Shown here one piece after another: positions 54,186 through 64,000 of a stretch of 64,000 bases of DNA; position 1 is the stretch's first letter; each line of letters begins with the position of its first letter. A program made the position numbers and the translations under genes. The DNA lies in assembly GCA_964016885.1 (NCBI GenBank), contig OZ024742.1:287742001-287806000 (forward strand). Reading direction: 5' to 3'. The stretch comes from Eledone cirrhosa (lineage: Eukaryota). The notes below the pieces were generated by a model. The model did not search any database, was not told the DNA's origin, and saw only the letters and a list, made by a program, of their open reading frames with translations.

Positions 54186-54971
54186 ACTTAAACTACTCAG
54201 ATCGAGACTAAATTATACATAAACCTATTTTACATGTGTCCATATATGCCTCTATTTATTCTTATATATTAAAATTAATGGATCGGCAAAATCGTTAGCG
54301 CATCGAACAAAATGTCTTAAGGTTTTATATTACTAATATATAAACTCCAACATCTTACTATAATTTTATCGTCTCAGGGGCGGAGGAGGAGAGAAGCTGA
54401 GATGACTATGGATTTTGAATTCATAACGATGGTGAAAGAAATTTAATATTTGAACGAAGTATTAAATAAAGATAAACAAAACTAGCTAATTAGATTAGAA
54501 TAAACGAAGAAATGTTTTTAATGAGGAAATTATATTTTAAGATTTCTTGAAAATCAAAATTCCATAATATATAGTTTAGTGACGGCTCCTTTCAACATAT
54601 GCTTCTGGTTATTTGAAACTAATCCACTCTACTGAAAACCCTGGTTTAATTCAGGGGCTGGTGTTTGGCTGGTTGAGAACATTGTTGATGTGGTAGTGGT
54701 GGTGGTGGTGGTGGTGGTGGTGGTTGGTTGAGAGGCTAGTGGGGATGGTATGGTGGTGTTCGATGTAAGCAAATGCTTCTTTTCTAATGCTGGTAATGAA
54801 GGAAAACATGGATTAAAATTTTTCCTCAACAGTTCGTGTGTGTGTGTGTGTTTCTTCCGGAATTGAATGCTCTCTGGGATTAATGATACGTTTCGTCATT
54901 TGAAAGTTTCCACTCTTATACACACGCATATAAACACACACATACACACACACACACACACACACGCGCAT

Positions 54972-55038
<67 letters not shown>

Positions 55039-55150
55039 ACACACCCACAGTAATAAACTAAATGGAGATTTCAAGTAGATGAGTGGTGTGTGTCAGCATG
55101 TTAGTAAAAAATGTCCACATTATAAACATATAACGATGTTACTTTGATTT

Positions 55151-55181
<31 letters not shown>

Positions 55182-55382
55182 ATACATACATACATACATA
55201 CATAATATAGAGATGACTTCTACAGGACTAGAACTGTTTCATTCGAAGCCATTTATATATTAAATATTTATACTCTGTTATGTATTGAGTACCTTACTTA
55301 TTGCGGTTACCCCCGATCGAACGCGGGACACACACACACACACATACATACATACATACATACATACATACATACATACATA

Positions 55383-57530
55383 ACTGGTGAACTCGTGCCG
55401 TCAATAATGACAGCAATAGCGTTGAACAGCCCTATCTAAGTTGGCACTACTTTCCCGGCAATGAAAGGGGACTAGAAAAGGTATTCTAAAAATGATTTGC
55501 TCACATAATCCTGTCACTATGCTGCAGGTGACTGGACGTCCAATCTTGCAGTCGAAACATTACAAGAAATAATCCAAACTCCTGAAATAAAAGAAAGATG
55601 TATATTATGGTGGGTTGGAATGTACGTACATTGCAAGACCACAAGAAACAACCAGAGCAGAGAACAGCCATTGTTGCACGGGCTCTGAAGGAAAAGCTCA
55701 ATTGACATTGTTGTCTTGTCGGATATAAGACTTCCAGGCTTTGGTCAGCTTAAGGAAATACGCGGTGGCTACACCTTTTCGGGGAGATTGGCAAACCCGA
55801 AACTGAAAAACGAGAATTTGGAATGAGCGTTGCCATCAAAACTGGCATTGCCAACAACAACCCTGAATCATTGCCAACGGACATACATGATCGTCTTATA
55901 TTTTTACGACTTCCAATTGGTAAAAACAAACATATCACATTAATTAGCTGCTATGCCCCAACTTTGAACTCTTTTGAGACTATCAAAAATAATTTTGCTG
56001 TGATCTTCGTGAACTCTTAAACCGTGTATCAAGATATGAAAGGTCATAATCCTGGGTGATTTCAATGTTAGCGTTGGCGCAGACCATTCTAATTAGCAAA
56101 ATTGTGCCGGTAAACATGGCATAGGTAAAGTCAATTCAAATGGACTTCTTTGCTCTCCTTGTGAAATGAGTTTTGTCTCTGGAGGCAACCTAGATCAGGT
56201 AACGGGCTTGACTATGTCATGGTGCGCAACCACGATAAAGGGATGTCACACTGACACTGGCCTTTCCCTCAATAGAGTGTTGGTAAAACCATGCTTTGGT
56301 GCGAAGTTACATGAAAATGAAGCTGAAACCAGCAGTTAAACATAACCGGAAACAACTCCCAAATAAATTGAAGATCACTAAGTTCAAAACTGGTACAACA
56401 AGAAACCTTTTGGTTAATGATTTAGATGAAAATCTGCAGAACAGAAACATCACAGGAAATATTGAAGAATTATAGACTCAGTTGAGAGATAAACTCTGAG
56501 TCTTCGAAAGAGATTCTGGGGTTTTCTAAAAGGAAGAACCAAGACTGGTAAATGGGGAACTTCACGAAATGTACACGATACATGAAATAGATAGCGGACA
56601 AAAGAAAAAGTAGCAACAAACACATTCAAGCAAAGCAATGCAAAATGAAGTAAAAATAGTGGGGGGCAAAAGGAGAAAGCTCTTCGGGAATCATTTGACA
56701 GGCGTGAAATGAAATCTTTTTACTGCAATTTGAAGGAAGTGTTTGAACCAAGCAAGGTTGGATGCTCTCATCAGTTGATGGCAATCTCCTGATAGATCGG
56801 CAAGATACGATAAAGTGTTGGGTGGAGCACTTTAAAGGAGTATTCAACAGGAAATCAAATGCTGATACAAATTTGATAAAAAAAAAACAACTTCCCCAGA
56901 GAACAACTATGGATTTCCTTGCAAATACGTCATTCACAGTAGAGGTAGAGTCAGTTATTAAACAACTGATAAATGTGAAAGCTCCTGGGGAATATGGCAT
57001 ACCTGGAGAAACTTTCAAGTGAGGAGGCGATGGTCTGATACAGAAACTCACTGAAATTCGTGTGCAGATATGGAACTCTGAATTCGTCCCCCAACAATTT
57101 AAGGATGTCATAATTATTCATTTGTACAAAAACAAAGGCAATAAGTGTGTATGTGACAACCACCGAGGCATATCATTACTTTCCATTGCAGGAAAAATCG
57201 TTGTCATGTTAAATAGTATCAATGAAAACTTAGTGCCTAACATTTACCCTGAAAGTTAATATGGCTTTAGGTCAGGCCGTGGGACAGTAGATATGATTTT
57301 CAATTTGAGGTAGGTACAGGAAAACGCTCTATGGCATGACAAGGACTTGGATGTAGTTTTTGTTGATCTCGCAGAAACATTCAACACCATATCATGCGAT
57401 GCATTATGTTCTGAGAATGTTAGGCGTTCCTAAGTAAATGCTTTAGGTCATTATATCCTACATAGACTTGGAAAGCCTTTGTATACTCTAACGGTGAACA
57501 TTCAGTCATTCGAGGGGAAAATGGTACAAA
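55383..57530 (+). mobile_element. Decayed RTE (BovB-like) LINE: 5' UTR, APE endonuclease and N-part of RT
   Basis: GWNVRTL, DIVVLS.IRL, LISCYAPT, ILGDFN, KAPG..GIPGE.FK, FKD..IIHLYKNKG...CDNHRGISLLSIAGK, GFRSGRGTVDMIF, VFVDL; many stops and frameshifts. Confidence 0.88.
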
Positions 57531-58479
57531 ACAAGCATGGTGCTTACCAAATGGAATAACATTGGGACATTTTCTTTGCTGAAATCCACTATCTGCTTCT
57601 TTCCGGGGAACTTCTTTTGTTTTGACTTTTATTGAACACTCGCATTGTCTTATATGTTTATAAGATAAACACACTAAACGTACACCGAACTAAGGACTCA
57701 CATACAGTATGTGCATGCATGCATGGTCCCGTAACTCATGCGGGAGTAGTAGGGGCGCTGCATTTTTAGACCTGACAGAGCCCAACACTCTCCAGCAGAT
57801 TTCATTCACAGAAGGATTGAGAGTGAGAGAATTGAAGCGAGAAAGATATATAGAGGAAGAATCTGCCCCAGTATTGGACTGGTTCTTTTTTTTATCGACT
57901 TTGAAATGATGAAAGGCAAAGTTGACTTTGGCAGAATTTGAACTCAGAGAGCAGAATGCTGGAATGAATATCACAAAGCATTCTATCTGACGTTTTAACG
58001 ATTCTGCCAATTCGACGCCTATCTAATTTAAATGGGTGTCTTTATTTCATAGAAATAAAGTCGGTTTTTTTTTCCTTGTTGGTACCAAAAGCAGGGTTGG
58101 ATTTAGACCTTGGGGGTCCCGGGGCACAGTATATTTAGTCAATATAATATTTGTTTATCATTGTAATTGTTAAATTTGAAGTTACATTACCGTTATTGGC
58201 TTAGCAAATGAACCAGTTTAAAAAGCCGGTGATGTCAGCGAAACCTCGAAGGAAATAGTCACTATTTTATAACAATTATACGTGTGTGTGTGTGTGTGTG
58301 TCCTGGGTGTGTGTGTGGGGGGGTCTGTGTGTGTGTGTGTGTATGCGCGAACGCACGTATGTATTTCTAATTTAGATTTGAAACTTCGAACTGTCGAAAT
58401 ATTTCCGATTATACAAGTTATTTGAGAATATGAACCATAAAACTTATGTTTTAGCTCCAAATCATATGACTCGCTCTCT

Positions 58480-63045
<4,566 letters not shown>

Positions 63046-63517
63046 TGAGCCTCATTTTTTCAAGTAAAAAGAAATTCAAACACTCATATATGAAAAAAAC
63101 AACCTGTGACAACCCCCCCCCCCCTCTCTTATTTGAAGAACTATTGTAACGCGAACTGGCGCGAAATTTATTATAATTTATTATAATTATTGACAAACCA
63201 ATCAAATTACTTCTCGAAAAACCTGGTTTTCGAGCCACTTTTTCCATATAAAACAAGTAACATTTAGAGACCAACCAGATGTGAGAAAAACCACAGACCC
63301 TCCATCTCAACTCACCTTTTGAAAAGCAGAAGAACTGCGAAACCGGTAAAGGAACCAAATAAATATATATATTTTTAAAAAAAATAAGACTTCAGTTGCA
63401 TTTTCGATTTCATCCCTTTTTCTTTATACTTCCACTCGTGTAGGACACCTCGGTTATTTTTCATTTTGTAAAAAAAACCTCACTTTCTAATATATACCCA
63501 CCACACGAAGACCGAAA

Positions 63518-64000
63518 ATGCCACCAAAGTCTCAACAAAACAACAACTCACTGAACCAGGACATCTTAAATGAACTCAAAGAGATTTCCTCTAAACTCTC
63601 AATTTTGACCAACAAAGTGGACCAAATACACATCTATAAAAAAGGACCCCACGAAGAAACAGAAAATACTCAAGAGACGAATATTACTTCAGTATTAACT
63701 AAGCTAATCGAAACCATTGAAACAGCAATGCTCCAAAAGCTTGAACAACCGTTAGAACCCAATCTACGAGATGTCCACTCAGTGAAAAACACCCTAATCA
63801 ACATATGGACTCAAAAGCTCACAGCCCGCAAATTCGCCCTTTGGAATCTCCTAAAAAATAATGGCAAGGCAGACATATATGAAAAGTGGCTAAACTCTAC
63901 CCCAATCATCCTCCCCAAAAAACTCCAAATAAAACCCATCCCGAATGAACCAGAAAACCAACAAAGACTTAGGGAAAAGATGGCATTGGAAAAATTTAAA
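63518..64000 (+). CDS. 5'-part of an uninterrupted ORF (at least 161 aa, runs off the window); helical/coiled-coil, probably transposon-encoded
   Basis: MPPKSQQNNNSLNQDILNELKEISSKL...IWTQKLTARKFALWNLLKNNGKADIYEKWLNSTPIILPKKLQIKPIPNEPENQQRLREKMALEKFK; no stops; about 470 nt leader directly abuts (TA)n. Confidence 0.65.
   Translation, partial: MPPKSQQNNNSLNQDILNELKEISSKLSILTNKVDQIHIYKKGPHEETENTQETNITSVLTKLIETIETAMLQKLEQPLEPNLRDVHSVKNTLINIWTQKLTARKFALWNLLKNNGKADIYEKWLNSTPIILPKKLQIKPIPNEPENQQRLREKMALEKFK

Noticed and set aside
63143-63178. Hammerhead-like layout (attgtaa c gcg..cgc GAAA..ttataat) in the leader of the terminal ORF
   Set aside because: The UGANGA core is absent; too speculative.

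Overview
Eukaryotic, AT- and microsatellite-rich animal DNA. The SINE/LINE repertoire and (TA)n/(TACA)n load suggest an octopus (coleoid cephalopod); this is an inference. The window holds one host gene, an 8-coding-exon ETV6/ETV7 (TEL/Yan-class) ETS repressor on the + strand (ATG 7894 to TAA 19449, 610 aa, SAM/Pointed plus ETS domains, C-terminal PQDLS motif). All splice junctions are GT-AG and in phase. The rest is transposon and repeat derived: tRNA-type SINEs, RTE, CR1, R4-like and CRE LINE fragments, Helitrons, MITEs, a 4.2 kb 19-bp minisatellite and very large (TA)n tracts. The most notable signal is a set of sequence-diverse fold-back (palindromic) elements inserted in (TA)n. They carry minimal type-I hammerhead ribozyme motifs with palindromic stem III and share a conserved 3' tail hairpin, an architecture like Penelope elements or retrozymes. 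One copy (40160-41073) shows a 467-nt terminally redundant unit that folded back exactly at its own terminal hairpin. Most ORFs in the supplied track are microsatellite artefacts. All alignments and folds were done by eye, so repeat boundaries are approximate.
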